Shown piece after piece: positions 12,401-26,460 of a DNA stretch of 64,000 nt. The stretch is from Cenococcum geophilum (Eukaryota). The notes beneath the pieces are model-generated. The model was not told where the DNA came from. It was given only the letters and a program-made list of their open reading frames with translations, and did not search any database. Position numbers and translations under genes: made by a program. The stretch spans positions 22,382,001 to 22,446,000 of the forward strand of contig CP158635.1 of assembly GCA_050273025.1 (NCBI GenBank), given 5' to 3'. Position 1 is the first letter of the stretch; every line of letters begins with the position of its first letter.

Positions 12401-15400
12401 GTGGTGGGAATGTCTAGAGAACACCTATCTATAGTATATTGAAGATAAAAAGCGAATTAAGTATTGGCTTAAGTTGGACCAAGTATAACTAGGATTAAGT
12501 AGCCAATAATTGGGAAAAGTAGAGGCCTATAGGACTAGAGGGAACTAATAGTAGAGCCTTAGACCCTTAAAGGAATTTAAGGATAATACCTAAATTTATA
12601 AGTTAAGTGGCAAGATTAACAGTTTAAGGCATTGATAGATAGTGGAGTAATAAGGAACTATATCTCGCTAGCAGCAGTTAAAAGAATAGGGTTACCGCAT
12701 AGAAAAAAGGAATGTCTTTACCTATTAGTGATAATTTTAGGAGATCTGATAGCCTATAGAGGAGGCATCATTAATCTTAAAATAGGACCTATTTAGATAA
12801 CTATTAAAGGGAGACAAATTAAGATGTCTTTCGACATATTACTATTGGGAAATGATAAGGTAGTGTTAGGAATGCCTTGGTTACAGGAATATAATCTAAA
12901 GATTAATTGGGTTATAGGTCAGGTCAATATTAGAGATACTTAACGCTATAAGATGCGATAATAAGCTAAGTTAGTATAGTACTAAGTCGGAGCAATATAT
13001 GAGGAAACCGAGAAAGGGTTAAGCTATGTACTAAAAAGATACTATAAGTATAGCAAGAAACTATGGTCGCTAAAAAGCGAAAAGCTGTTAAAATATATAG
13101 TATGGGACTATAAGATAGAATTGGAACTAGGAATAAGTCTAAGGTTCTTTCTAATCTATAAGCTTACTGAAAAAGAGGGTAGAGCATTAAAAGAGTTTGT
13201 CTAGAAGAACTTATAAAAGGGATATATTAAACCATTGTAATTATTAGCGGGTTATCTAGTACTATTTATACTAAAGAAAAATGGTAAGCTAAGGCTGTGT
13301 ATTAACTATAAACAGTTAAACAGTATTACTAGAAAGGATAGGTATTTTTTACCCTTAATTAGCGAAATCTAAGACAGGATAGGCAACGCGCAAATCTTTA
13401 CGAAGATAGATCTGAGATGGGCATACTATTAGATTAGAATTAAGGAAGGTAATAAATAGAAGGCAGCCTTTAGGTTAAAGGAAGGACTATATAAACTATT
13501 AGTTATGCAATTTGGGCTTACAAACGCACTAGCAACGTTTTAAAAGCGTATTAATAATATATTAGGAGAATACTTGGATGAATTTGTTATAGTATACCTT
13601 AATAATATTATCATCTACTTAATAACTAAGGAAGAATATGGAGAATACGTTAAATGGGTCTTAAGGAGACTATAAAAGGAATAGATGCTAGTAGTAATTA
13701 AGAAATGCGAGTTCTTTACTAGGAAGACCGATTTCGTTAGATTTATTATTAAACTAGGCCAACTTAGTATAGATCTAAAAAAGATTAAGGCTATAGTGAA
13801 TTGGTAGGAACTAGAGAATGTTATATAGTTAAGATTATTTCTAGGGTTTTGTAATTACTGCAGAAGGTTTATAGCGCAATAGTTAAAGGATATTAAGCCA
13901 TTTACGCAGTTAATAAAGAAAGAAGAACTATGGTTATAAAAAGGGGAGCAATAGGAACTATTTAAGGAAGTTAAGAGGTTATTTACCTAGGAGCCAGTTC
14001 TTAAGATCTATTAGCTAGGTCTAGAGATAGTTATAGAAATAGATGCATTAAACTTTGCACTAGGGGTATACTTTATATAAAAGCATCCAGATAGATAGCA
14101 CCCAGTGGCATACTATAGTCGGAAGATGACACTACTAGAACTAAACTATGACATTTATAACAAGGAGTTATTAGGTATAGTTGTAGCATTAAAGAAATAG
14201 AGAGCATTTTTATAAGGCATAGAAAAACTATTTATAGTTAAGACGGATTATAAGAACCTAATAGGATTCCTAATAATAAAGGAACTTAACTAAAGATAGG
14301 TTAGATGGGCAGAGATGCTTACGGAATACTATTTTGAGTTTTAGTATACTAAGGGTACAGATAATATAAGAGCAGATGCTCTAAGTTGAAAAGCTAAACT
14401 ATAAAATAATGAGAAGCTATTAGGGGCTTTATTACAAAAAAATACAGATAGATTAATCAGATATAATTATCTAAAAATTATAGTAACTTAGGAAGAATTA
14501 AAGAAAGTTTATAAATTACTAGAGAGCTTTTAGGCATAAAGGATTCTAAAAGCATAGCTAGAAGATCTATAAATAGATATATATGAAAACTGAGAAGTAA
14601 AGTACATCCTAAGAAGTATAGCAGAACACTTTATGGAAGATTTCTATAAGGGACTAATATAAGGACACAATAGAGCTATGGGCTTAGTGTCAAGACTCTA
14701 GGAGAAGTATATTATTAATAGAATCTAGAACCTAGTATGAAAGGTTATAAGAGAATGCCTAAATTGCTAAAGGAATAAACTAATAAGGCATAAGCTATAT
14801 GGAGGGCTATAACCTGTTAAAATACTAGAGAGACTATGGGAGGTTATATTATAGGACTTTATTATTAAGTTGCTAAAATTAAGAGATCCTATTATAGGAT
14901 AAGATTATGACGTGATCTTAGTAATAGTAGATAAGCTTACGAAGTGGGGATACTTTATAGCGTGTACAGAAGAGATATTAGTAGAAGATGTCGCTAGAAT
15001 CTATGTTAAAGAAGTGTTTATAAGACATAGAGCACTAAGTAAGATTATATTAGATAGAGATCTAAGATTTATAGCAGCATTTTAGGAGGTATTCTTAGCG
15101 GAGCAAGGAGTTTAAGTAGTAACTTTTACCGTATATTATCCGCAGACAGACGGTTAAATAGAAAGATTGAACTAGACACTAGAATAGTATCTAAGGCACT
15201 ATATTAATTACGCATAGAATAATTAGGTATTATTGTTACTAATTATATAGTTTGTATATAACGTAACACTATAAGAAGGAATGGGTATGTTACTATTTAA
15301 GGCGAATTATGGATACGAGCTAAGAACATTATTATCACCACGTTAAGTAAAGAAGACAAGTAGTACAGCTAAGTAAAGGATAGAGATATTAATAAATCTT

Positions 15401-15849
15401 TATAAGAACCTTACGGAAATAGCTAAGGTAGTATAGCAGAGAATAAAGAAATACTATAATGCTAAGAGATCTAAGGGACCAGATCTTAAGGAGGGAGATA
15501 AAGTGTGGCTACTATATAAAAATTTTAAAAGTTAACGACTAAGCAAGAAGTTGGACCACGTCAGACTAGGACCTTTTAAAATTACGTAGAAAATTTCACC
15601 GGTTACGTTTAAGTTAAACCTACTAGCTAAGATGAAAATCCACCCTATATAGCACATTGTAATGCTAGAGCTAGTATACAGGAATGTTAAGTCACTAGTT
15701 TACAAAGCAGATATATATAGAGGATAAGAAGAAGATAAATAGTAAGTTTTAAAGATTATTAGTTATAAAGACGTTAACAATAAAATATAGTACGAGGTTA
15801 AGTAGATAGGCTATAATGAGACTACCTAGGAACTACTAGAAAATTTAAA

Positions 15850-16524
15850 GAACGCTATAGGAAAGATATAGGAGTATTAGAAGAGAATAGGTTAAGTAAT
15901 ATTAATAAGGAAGGATTGCTAAAGAATAAGTCACCTAAGGGGGACCTAGGAAGAGCGACTGCCGAACTACTTAGAGTTATTCCCTTTATAAGAAGAGAGT
16001 TAGTCCTCTTATTACTAAGTTCCTGTAGACCTTGTTCTATAAGCTTCTACTCTTTAAAGCAAACCTTCTTATAAACCTGTTTAAGATATAGAAGACAAGT
16101 AAAGGCTAAAAGACGAGTTTTAAGAGCACGCTGTTGAGCAACTATAGCCTCTTGTTCCGCCTCTTGCGATTAACACAATTTATTAAAAGCGCTCAAGAGC
16201 TTACTATTAAGCTTTATAGTAGTAGATTAAACACAAGACCCTATAATAAATTACTTAGGGAACTTGCAGACTATTAAGAGTTATAGGACGCGTATACTTA
16301 GCGTCAGAAATAGAGCAAATATCGCAGGACAAATGAACGTTTGCTTTAGTGCACTCTAAATAAAAGGAAGGTTGCTAAGATAAAGGACTCGCTAGCGCGA
16401 CATAAACTAACCCCTCTTTCGCATAACGAGAACATGGAGATGGCATTATTTTACTTAGCGATAGCACCATAGCAATAGTACGAGCGCGACGAGCTATAGA
16501 AGAAAGAGAAGTTACTTTAGGCAT
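15850..16524 (-). pseudogene. Antisense accessory gene of Ty3-1: six-Cys Zn-cluster-like motif plus coiled coil, one probable intron
   Basis: ATG at 16524: MPKVTSLSSIARRART...PSPCSR(C)AKEGLV(C)...(C).ECTKANV.LSCD; after ~55-nt intron ...SQEAEQEA.VAQQRAL...KL.EQGLQEL. 3' end approximate. Confidence 0.7.
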
Positions 16525-16632
16525 AATAAGTAACGATATTAACTAAATTAATTAGACGGATATTATACCTCTAGTAAACAACTTAGAGATATTTAGGATC
16601 TTTAAGGATAAAGATAAAGAGAAGGGGGATAG

Positions 16633-17056
16633 TATTACGGACGCTTTAAGTACACTATTATAACTACTTAGAGAAGAGTTAAAAGAAGCTAGTTAGTTAA
16701 TATAGGCACGGTCTAGGATAGATTTAGTAGAACTATGTAATAAGGAATAGTAACCAAGTTACATAATGTAATCTATATAATCTATGTAATCTATATAATC
16801 CGCGACAGAGTAGATAGAGCACATATACCTTACGTATAAGGAGGGTTTCCTAGGAGTACGGTTGTGTATTTAAAGGACCATAGTCCCTACTCTAGATAGT
16901 TCTTTCCTTATAGTAATTCTTAGAATACAATTAGAGTTAATCTATTAGGCAACCACTCCACCAGTTATTATTACGTTGTTGACTTTAATTTATATCACCT
17001 ACACACCTAGCCCAATAACGAGCCCATTGTAGTTCTTGCTATAAGGTTCCGTTATA
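16633..17056 (+). repeat. 3' LTR of Ty3-1
   Basis: Follows GAAGGGGGATAG polypurine tract; followed by TSD TTTAA. Confidence 0.95.
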
Positions 17057-18499
17057 TTTAAACGCCTATTTTAAAGTAGAGGTTAAAATTAAGAACTATT
17101 AAATATTAGGGAAGGGGATGTATTTACGGAGGGTTACTAGGCACGGGAAAGGCCGGTTAATAGTCGCGTATAGTATACTATTTAGAGGTCTAATTACAGC
17201 TATATATAAAATCTAGGCCGCTAAATATTATAAAGGGCGGGAAGGCACTGTAAATGCATTTATATAGATAGGATGCTAGGCGTTTAATGCATATAGCGGC
17301 CTATACAGCAGCTATTATATATATTAATTATAGAATACTCTATATAGCGGAGATTTTTTAAAGGTTATATAGCGTAGTAGTTTCTATTAAAGTATATATA
17401 GGGTTTATATTAGGCCGCCAAATATTATAGAGGATAAGAAGGGACGTTATAAGCATACTTACAGAAAATAAGGGTTAGTAGTTTATTATAGGTAAAGAAA
17501 TATAGGTTATATAGTTGCTTGCCTTTAGCGGTGTATTTAAAGTATTAAAAATATTATTACTAAATCCTTACTAATAAAAATAGTAAAGCCTAAGCGTTAT
17601 TAGTGACGCTTACTTAAGCGTTAGGGTGTTAAATGTTTAAGGCTTATTTAAAATGCTAAGCATTTTAATATCCATACGCGTTAGCGAATTAGTATACCTA
17701 GCGCGCGAAATATAAATAGGCTAATAAGCCTACCCCTCTAAACTGCCCTACCACTTAGATAATTTTACTCGCAGCGAGCTTATAAAATTAAATATAGTGA
17801 TATAAAAAATAAGTAAGTATAAAACTTTAATAAAGGATTACCGGAATAGAATATATATAGTATCTATAATTAATAAGTCACACGCAGACCTCGTATAATT
17901 TAGCCTAAAGAAGACAATATAGAAGATCTAAAAGACTATACCAACCAAAACTATACCTACTATTGCCTTAACGGATACTATAGAAAGTAATAAAGCGCGT
18001 AAGCTTATAAAAATAGTATATTTGACGTGGTTTACTTTAGTATAGTAGCTCTAGCGGCTAACGCAAATAAGGAATTTAAGTTAAAAATACTAGAAATACT
18101 ACTAAAGTTAAAAGTTAGAGTAGTTAATATAAACTCTTTATATATAGGCTTAATAGTCTATTTTATAGAACGACGCATTTTAATATAATATCTAAACGAT
18201 TTAGTAGTATATATATTAGCTTTTAGCCCTTATTAAGACTCCTAGGTCCTACTTAGTTATACTATCCCGCATTTAAAGAGTGGGTAGAGCTATTACTAGG
18301 CTAGTTTATAATAGGTAGAATAAAATAGGAGTAGAGGTAGTATTAATATAATAATTACAGTGCCGATTATTAGCTAAGCTTAAACTACTAGTTCTGCTTA
18401 ATAAGGGATATTATTAAACCATTATTATACTATATTAAAAACCTAAAACTGGGGTATATAACAATATAAGAGTTTTAAAAGAAATTTACTAATACCTAT

Positions 18500-20233
18500 A
18501 AGTAGAACTTATAGTAACCGCACTATTAAGGGACTTATTATATACCTATTGCGCAAAGCTATAGCTTATCTATTCGCTGTTGCTAATTGCTAGTAGTATA
18601 TTACTACTAATTTGGTCTCTATATACCTATTACGCCTTATTATAGCCTATCTATTCGCTGTTGCTAATTCCTAGTAGTATTACTGTCAATTTAATCTCCA
18701 TATATCTATTACGCCTTATTATAGCTTATTTATTTACTGTTTCTAATTGCCAGTAGCGTATTACCGTTGATTTAGTCTCCGTATACCCATTATACCCTAT
18801 TATAGCTTATCTATTCGCTATTACTACTAACATCTATAAAACTAAAGCCGCTAGGGTTTCTATTTAAACACGCTGTACTATTTATATTTAGGTATCTTTA
18901 TATAAGGTTACCGCGGGTATTAAAAGGGGTAAGGAAATCTTATAATAAGCGTTTTTAACCAAGGCATAGTATAAGGGATTCGCCCGCCAGCTTAGAGGCT
19001 TAAGAATATTATTTAATAAATTATAAAGAAGATGTTCTATAGCCTCTAATAAATTAGAGATACTACTATTTAGAAGTATAACTACTCTTATATATCTGCA
19101 TACTATTTATTGAGGCCGTTATTAGTAGCTAAGGAGGGTGCAATATTGTTAAATCTGCACGTTAGTAATTATATGCTAATATAGGATCCCTAGGTTTAGT
19201 AACTTCTATATAGGGGCGTTTATAAGGGGAGGAAATTCGCTTTTTTAGGCTTAGCTAGGGCGAGTTAGTAGTACTAAGATATATTAGTCTAAGAGAAAGC
19301 ATCTAACTAGAATAAAGCTCTTAATACTATCCTATCTAAACTAAACATCTTTATACAATTTTAAATATTATAAAATAAGACCGGTGCCGTAAAGCTATAA
19401 GAAATTTGTTAATATTAGGTAAATTTAATCTCTAGTAGGTGTTATAGGTAAAGGCTAAGAGAACTAATAGCCCTATCCCTTTAAGCCTTTATATAATATA
19501 AAGCTTAATTCTATATCTAATAGCTAAAGCCGCTTTAGTAACGTTATAATATCCTATACTTCTTATAAATAATATAATATAGCTAACTCCCTTTATAGAA
19601 GCGGCTTAACTTTTAACTAAACTTTTAATCCTTAACGTACCTATAAACTTTAATTGCTATTTCTTAAAAGAATCCGCAAGCGTCTATTAGCTAAGAAGTT
19701 TTTAAAAAATAGCGTTATTTAATAAATTGCTATTAGTAGTAATAAGATCCTTAATAAGGGGATGTTTATTTAACCACTTTAGTTCGCTAATAATAGCCTT
19801 TAGATCTTTCCCTATAGATATATTAACGAATATCTTAATTTTAAAGAGGTTTGCCGATAATATATTAAGTAGGTTCGCATATCTAGGTAAAAGAGGAGGT
19901 AAGGAAGCAACCTTATTCCTTAAAGAAGGCTAAACACTCCCTAGAGAAGGCTGGACGATATTATCTTTATTCCCTAAAAAAGGCTAGACATCCTTACTCT
20001 TTAAAAAAGGCTTAATAATATCTTTATTCTCTAAAGAAGGCTAGACACTCCCTAAAGAAGACTAGATAGTATTATCCTTATTCCTTAAAAAAGGCTAGAC
20101 ATCCTTACTCCCTAAAAAAGGCTAGATATCCTTACTCCCTAAAGGAGTATAAAGTGAATTATAGTGGCCGCGTTTATTCTCTAAGAGAGGTAGTGTGGTG
20201 GGGTAAAATGGCTTACGCCTAGTACCTTGGCAT
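18500..20233 (-). pseudogene. RIP-degraded gene of unknown function with N- and C-terminal tandem repeats
   Basis: Long minus-strand frame with only RIP-type stops; QPSLG-type repeats ~19920-20145; ~60-bp repeats ~18530-18830. Confidence 0.45.
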
Positions 20234-20280
20234 TTTCCTGTATATATCAAGCCTTCGGCTTCCCTCCTTCTTATATAGCA

Positions 20281-20472
20281 CGACCGACCGGAATACATTC
20301 TTTCCTTTCTTCTTACTGACTGCTTTCCTACTGATTGATGACGACTGACGACTGATTGACCGACCGACCGACCGGAATACATTCTTTCCTTTCTTCTTAC
20401 TGACTGCTTTCCTACTGATTGATGACGACTGACGACTGATTGACCGACCGACCGACCGACAGACAGACAGAC
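20281..20472. repeat. 84-bp tandem duplication with (CCGA)n/(CAGA)n microsatellites, RIP-free
   Basis: GGAATACATTCTTTCCTTTC at 20290 and 20374; GACC and GACA runs to 20472. Confidence 0.9.
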
Positions 20473-20539
20473 AGCACTGTGACTTTCCTATCTGAGAGTG
20501 GTCGTACCCTCCCACAGTAGTAAATATTAAAAGGTATTA

Positions 20540-23500
20540 ATAGGAAGCTTCTAAAGCCTTTAAATAGTATATATAATATTAAGGAGATAAGGTTAAAGCT
20601 GCTTATTAAAAGTATTGCGAATAAGATTTAAGGCTACTATAATACTAAAGTTTATAATAGTAGGTTATAAGTTATATAATTTATATTAAGATAAAAGAGT
20701 AGTTAAGTGTAGTTCCCCTTTACTTTTAATTCCCTAGCAGGTCGCTAGCACCCCTAAAACTTAGAAAAGCCTTATACCAATTATATCGCTTTAATTAAGT
20801 ATTATATACTTAATTAAAGCGATATAATTGGCGTAAGGCCCTTATTAGAGCTATGCTAATATAATAGTAATTATTAACCTTACTTTTACTTATAATGCGT
20901 AATTAAAAATCAAACCTCTTTTTTAGCTAAAATAGGAGGCGATATAAGTTGTAAACTTAATTAAGCGTATAATGTAAAATATTTAGTAATATAGCTTATT
21001 CTGTTATAGAAGGCTATAAGCCTTAATACTATTAGAGGATTCCTTTTCTAACTAACGCGTAAAATATATAATTTGTGATAATTTCTTTCTTAAGGAGCTA
21101 AAGAGTAAGACGCCTTAATAGATCTAAGGATACCATCTAAAGGAAAGAATATAGAAATACCTAATATATAGAGCTAATTTCCGCCCCATTATACTAGGGA
21201 TATATAATTGCCTTTATTACCTACTTTACTAGTTACCTTAATATATCTTCTATATCTTTTATTTATTACTACCCTACTTTACTATTTTTACCACTCCTTT
21301 TAAACTATTCCCTAGCTTATCCTATTTCCGCTAACTATTTATAGCCGCTCTTTACTCTTTAATATAGATACTTATTTAACTATTAGCTTACTTATTAAAG
21401 CTATAACTCGCTAGATTACGCTAACTATTAGTTTCTTAAAGCGTTATATTTAGCTGCCTCTTATATTAATTATTAGTACTTTAACAGCCGCTTATAGTTA
21501 GGATTAAGATTCTAGATATAGTATATTAATTACTAAGCTTTATTAATAAGCAAATATCCTATAATCTATTAAGGTAGATCTAAAAAAGGCGTCTTCTATT
21601 ACTGGGATTAGTTGGCCTATAGAGAGCTTATAAAGTAAGGAAATAATACCTTTTAAGTTAGATAATTCTAAGCGTCCTAGCACTAGTCTATTGTTTAATT
21701 AAATTACTATAGGCCTAAGTAACCAGTAAAGGGTATTTGGGGGTCTAGTAGATCCTATACACATATAATACTAATAAGTCCCCTAAACACTTAATAATAT
21801 AATATTAAGTAAAATTCTTAATACTTGCCTAGATAAGACTCTAATAGATAAGACTCCGACTTATAAGAGGACTATAAATATACTCTCTTATAAAATAATT
21901 TATTTGTTCCCTAAGCCTCTATAGGATTTCCTTAGTATTCTTTATAGAAGAACTAGAGAGCGAAAAGTATAGGATATTATCTATATATCTACTTTCTTTA
22001 AATTAATATATAATCGCTCTAACGCATTATAAGTCTAAGTATATTTAATATCTCCTATATAGTATCTATTCTAATTAAATTATAGATTATAATATAAGCG
22101 ATTCTTTAAGACTTATAGGACCATATTAAAGAAAAAGGTGTAGATAGTGCTCTCTTATAAAAGCTACGTCTACTCGTTAATATTACGGACCTTTAATAAT
22201 AGTTTTTTATATCTAGCTTAAAGTTAAGATTTTGGTATATAATTAAAATTAATCCTCTAGTCTTTAAATAAATCCGCTTGCACTATAATATGAATTTACA
22301 TATATACGTCTAAAATTCTTAAAATTACAGCGCTTATGCATTAAGGGGGAGTCGTATCAGTGGCGTTATTGCATTTATTAGCCGCCTAGTGCTATTAAAT
22401 AGATATATTCCGCTAAATATCCTCCTAATTACTGCTAACGCTCCTGCTATACCTCTTATAGTTTTAATATAAGATACAGTTTAATTAATTACTCTAGTAA
22501 TGCAATCCATTTCTATTATTTTTAATATTAATAAAATCTATTAATCTAGATAACAAAGTTTACTTTATAGATATTTCTAATAAGTTAAGAGTAACTAGTC
22601 TAGTGTCTAATAAGGGTTTACTAATAATAGTTAATCCAGAGCTACTAGCGCCGATTACCCGCTTAATATTAATCAACTTAGCTCTCTAAAAACCACCCAG
22701 ACTATTAGTTTACACTATTAGCCTTTCCCTAGTAAGACTCTACTAACACTTTATAAAGTGTAACTTAACTAGCCCTTATATAAATAACGAGCCCTTAGAA
22801 TCCGCATATAAGTCTTAGTTAAAAAACAATTTAAGTTAATAAACACGACCTTTAAGTATAGTAATAGTTAGGGCAGTATTTCGTCTAAGCTTAATAGACT
22901 AATATTGGGTTATAAGCAGAAATATTATAGCCTTTTTCTTAATGCCGGAGTAAGTAGTAAATAGACAAATAAAGAGAAAGCTATTATATACTTTTTAAGG
23001 CAGGACAGATTTCTATTTATAAATATTGCTAAATAGGCGCCGTATTTACTAGCTTAAATTTTAGAGATATACCTAATCCTATATATCTTATACCTTATTC
23101 TACTAAGGCTATATATTACTTACATTTGCTAGGTTAAATAATATATAGGATCTCTTATAACCCTATAACCTAAATATAGAGTTTTAATATATATCGCCGG
23201 TTAGTTTCTTTTCTTAAATGTAACTTCTAATAGCTTTACTTATATTTTTAAAGATTTTTATTACAAATAAAGCCTTATCAAAGCCCTAGTCTTAAAAACA
23301 AACGCCCTATAAAGACTAAATCCTTATAAAGCTAGGTTACTAAGTATTACTTATAGTTTTATTATAGGATAATATTATAAAAGCCCTGTTAGGGAGAACA
23401 CCGGGTGTATATTAGCGCCATTATAGCTATATCCTTCGCGCTAAAGAGCTAGTATAGATACTTAAGGAAGTAAATTTCCTTATAGAATTGTGTAATAAGA

Positions 23501-23600
23501 AATTTCTATTATAGAAAGTTATTAAGGGATATTTTCCGAATAGGCACCATTAATTAATTAAGGAATTCTATAAAAATAGCGAGCTAGGTAGTTAGGCGTA
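20540..23600 (-). pseudogene. Large (~900 codon) RIP-degraded gene of unknown function with at least one intron
   Basis: Minus-strand frame ~22980 to ~20550 interrupted only by TAA/TAG; GTAAGT...TAG intron near 23080-23123; no domain recognised. Confidence 0.45.
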
Positions 23601-23689
23601 GCGTCCTCTAAATATGCAGCCAGGATCTTAACGGATTTAGTGGCTATAGCTTTAGTTCTATAAGCTAAAAGGTTATAAAAGCTAGGGGC

Positions 23690-23968
23690 TTATAAGAGCT
23701 AGGAAATCCTATAAGCTAGGTAATTGTATAAGTAAAGTAGTCTAACTTAGCGCCCTTTAATTAATACCTAGTGTATAAATAGGGTATTAATAGGTTTAAT
23801 AATTTCGGCTTTAATTATATAAGCTAGATATTTATAAGAGCTAGGCGATCCTATAAGCTAGGTAATTATATAAGCTAGGTAATCGTATAAGCTAGGCGAT
23901 TGTATAAATTAGGTAATTATACGAGCTAGGCAATTATATAAGCAGAGTAATTATATAAGCAGGGTAAT
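23690..23968. repeat. 18-bp tandem repeat (TATAAGCTAGGCGATTG-like), RIP-mutated
   Basis: About 8 consecutive units at 23833-23968 plus a shorter block at 23690-23740. Confidence 0.8.
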
Positions 23969-24317
23969 CTGACCTAGCGCCCTCTATTAACGCCTAGTAT
24001 ATAAATAGGAAGTAAATATTAGGAAAATACTAGAACTATAAAAAAAAGAAATATATAAGTCCCAGATCTAGAAATATTAAAGAAGTTTCTATATAAAGAC
24101 CCCTTACACATACTTAGAGAAGTTCCTATATAAATAGCCCTATAAGCGTAGCTATAAGTTTAAGCCCTCTCGCGTAATCTAACCACCCCTCCCTACTATA
24201 CTAGAATAGATAAATAACCGCTATATACTATAAGCAGAGAAATAATTTAAATAAAAAGAAAACACTATAAAAAAACATATTTATATCCTTAAGATATAAA
24301 TTTATAAGTACTATAGT

Positions 24318-25282
24318 CTTAAATACAACTAATAGTTGCTAAGGTGGCATGCGTCCTAGGTCTATAAATTCAAAAAATCCTAGGTCATTAGCATAGATTT
24401 ACCTTTTATTATCGCTTTTAAGGTAGTAAATAAATTTATTTAAGTAAAAGCATAAATTATCGCGAATACTTTATAGCTTACTATAAGTTAAGCGGGCAGA
24501 GGCTCTAGTAGAAATAGTAAAATATTGTTTTATTTCGCAATAGGCTAAACAAAAAATAGCTAAAGTTTTAACCCTTTTACCAGCTTTTATTAGAAATCTT
24601 CTTTATATTTATATTCTATATTTATAGATTTAAGACTATAAAGCTAAGGCCACTGTATCTAACTGTCGCCTATATAGCCTCGTTACTTAATATCTCTTCA
24701 TTACTATCTACCCCTATTTTTTAATCTTTAGTGCTAAAACTATTTTCTCCGCTATATAATATCTCTACGTCCTATTTTTAATCCTTATTACTAAAGTCAC
24801 TTTCCTAACCAGCTAACGCCTCTATATTGCCGTTATCTCTAAAGTCAGTTTCTTTATCTATAAACGCCTACTTACTAGCTAACAATTTAGGGACGCTATG
24901 CTTGTAGGTACTTAGGGTTACGGATACCACTTAAGGAGAAATTATAGTCGATATTATTAGGATATAGAATAAGCCTATAGACCTCTAAGTACTGGCTGCT
25001 TAGTGCTTTAAGTAAAAGATCTCCCCTAATGTAAGGCAGATTAATAAAAGTTAATTGCCGCCTATATAAGGCGGAGCGCTTATAAAGGGCTTAGCTAGAA
25101 TAGCAATTAAACTACCCTAAAGGCACTAATAGCTCCTTTACTATAGATGGGGGGTTAATATATAAGATAAACTGGCTAGGATAAGTCTACTATTTAGGTA
25201 GTATCTTACCCTAGGAAGGATAGGCGTCGGAAATAAATTATATAATACTATTCCTGCTAAGAGAGGCGTTATTAGGGGTCAT
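24318..25282 (-). pseudogene. RIP-degraded orphan gene with acidic tract, probable intron
   Basis: ATG near 25282 (MTPNNASLSRNSI...); GTAAGT...CTGAC...TAG intron ~24839-24875; acidic segment then WRKG.NF.YFLFSLLRNKT. Confidence 0.45.
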
Positions 25283-25599
25283 TTTTAACCTCTAATTCTA
25301 GTTTATAACTTTATACAAACACTTCTAAACCCTACTAAGGCATACGGCGTCCGTTGGGGATTGTTAGCTATTTAAGTTTAGCAGCAGCTTAGCTAATAGC
25401 TACCCCTAACAATGCCTTACTTATAGATTACTCTAGGTACCTATAGTCTTGGGCGCAGATAATATATAAGCTAAGAGTAATTATAGCTACTAAATATTAT
25501 ACTATAGACACCATATAAAGTAAAAAGGGGTGGCTAGTATACTTCGCCTTTCCCTTCTACCTTCTGTCCTAACTCCGCCTTAGAAAAGAAATAGGATAT

Positions 25600-26460
25600 A
25601 AATGTTATACTCTTAGTTCTTATATACTATTAATTTAACTTATTTTTAAATCTAACCTCTTAACCATATATCCCTTACCATCTTTATAAGAATACTAGAT
25701 ATTATATATATTACCTTAACTAAGCTTAGATATATTGCTAACATAACCTATAGGTCCTTAATTAGTGCTTATAAAAATATTATAATATACTATCGCCCTA
25801 AAGATAACATACCTAATTATTAACCTACTAGAAACCTTAAATTATCCTAGAATTGCATTAACAATAAAGACACAGCATCTAGTAGCAGGGAGGAGAAACC
25901 ATTATAGCTTTCCAACCCTATATAGAAATAGATACCTTATACGCCTACTTAAATACCTAATAAGGCCAATTCTTACAAAAACGACGATAATACAAAGGGT
26001 AATATATAAGAGGATACGGTTTAGGGAAGTGTATAAAAAATATACCTTAATTATCTTAGGGGATTGGAAGGCTATAGTAAAACTAAGATAGACTTACCTA
26101 AGCTAATAGAGGACTATGGCGAGGCTAAGATAGACTCGCCTTAACTAAAAGAGAACTATATTAAAGGCTTATTCTAGTAAATAAATATAGTTATAGGTTT
26201 TAAATATATTTCGCTAGTACCTAGAGGTATATTTATAAGACACTTATATTATTTAGCAATACTAATAATTAAGCAGAAAATAGTTTAGTCCCTATATATC
26301 TATCTAAAGTGTTAACAATTTTTAATACTAAGATTTTAAGCGGATAAGTAAAGTATTTTATATCCTAGTTACCTACTTATTATATAATAAAGGATATAAT
26401 ACATCTCCAAAACCCTAGTTATAGAGGAATTATATCTTTATACAGTCCTATTATAGTAAT
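25600..26460 (+). pseudogene. RIP-degraded orphan gene with acidic low-complexity region
   Basis: Plus-strand frame ~25857-26460 with only RIP-type stops and an internal repeat (E.HGE.ETDSP-like); start uncertain. Confidence 0.4.

Larger units (their letters stand above)
9065..17056 (+). mobile_element. Ty3/gypsy chromovirus LTR retrotransposon (Ty3-1), full length, RIP-inactivated
   Basis: 424-bp LTRs 9065-9488 and 16633-17056; TSD TTTAA (9060-9064, 17057-17061); PPT before 3' LTR; Gag knuckle (C)INCGKQG(H)F.RDC ~10540; protease ALIDSG ~12630; RT YL(DD)II ~13595; RNase H, integrase, chromodomain ~15730-15860. Confidence 0.97.
8455..17500 (-). pseudogene. RIP-degraded intron-containing gene of unknown function, split by Ty3-1
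   Basis: GTAAGT...CTAAT...TAG intron on minus strand near 17385-17462; a frame with RIP-type stops continues across the TTTAA target site to ~8455. True frame not certain. Confidence 0.3.

Noticed and set aside
17648..17668. Palindrome TTAAAATGCT-A-AGCATTTTAA as an excision footprint
   Set aside because: AT-rich and short; similarity to the CATCAG TIR limited to 8 bp.
20474..20520. CACTGTG...CACAGTAG resembling RSS/Transib heptamers
   Set aside because: Short match, no nonamer, TSD or transposase; likely chance.
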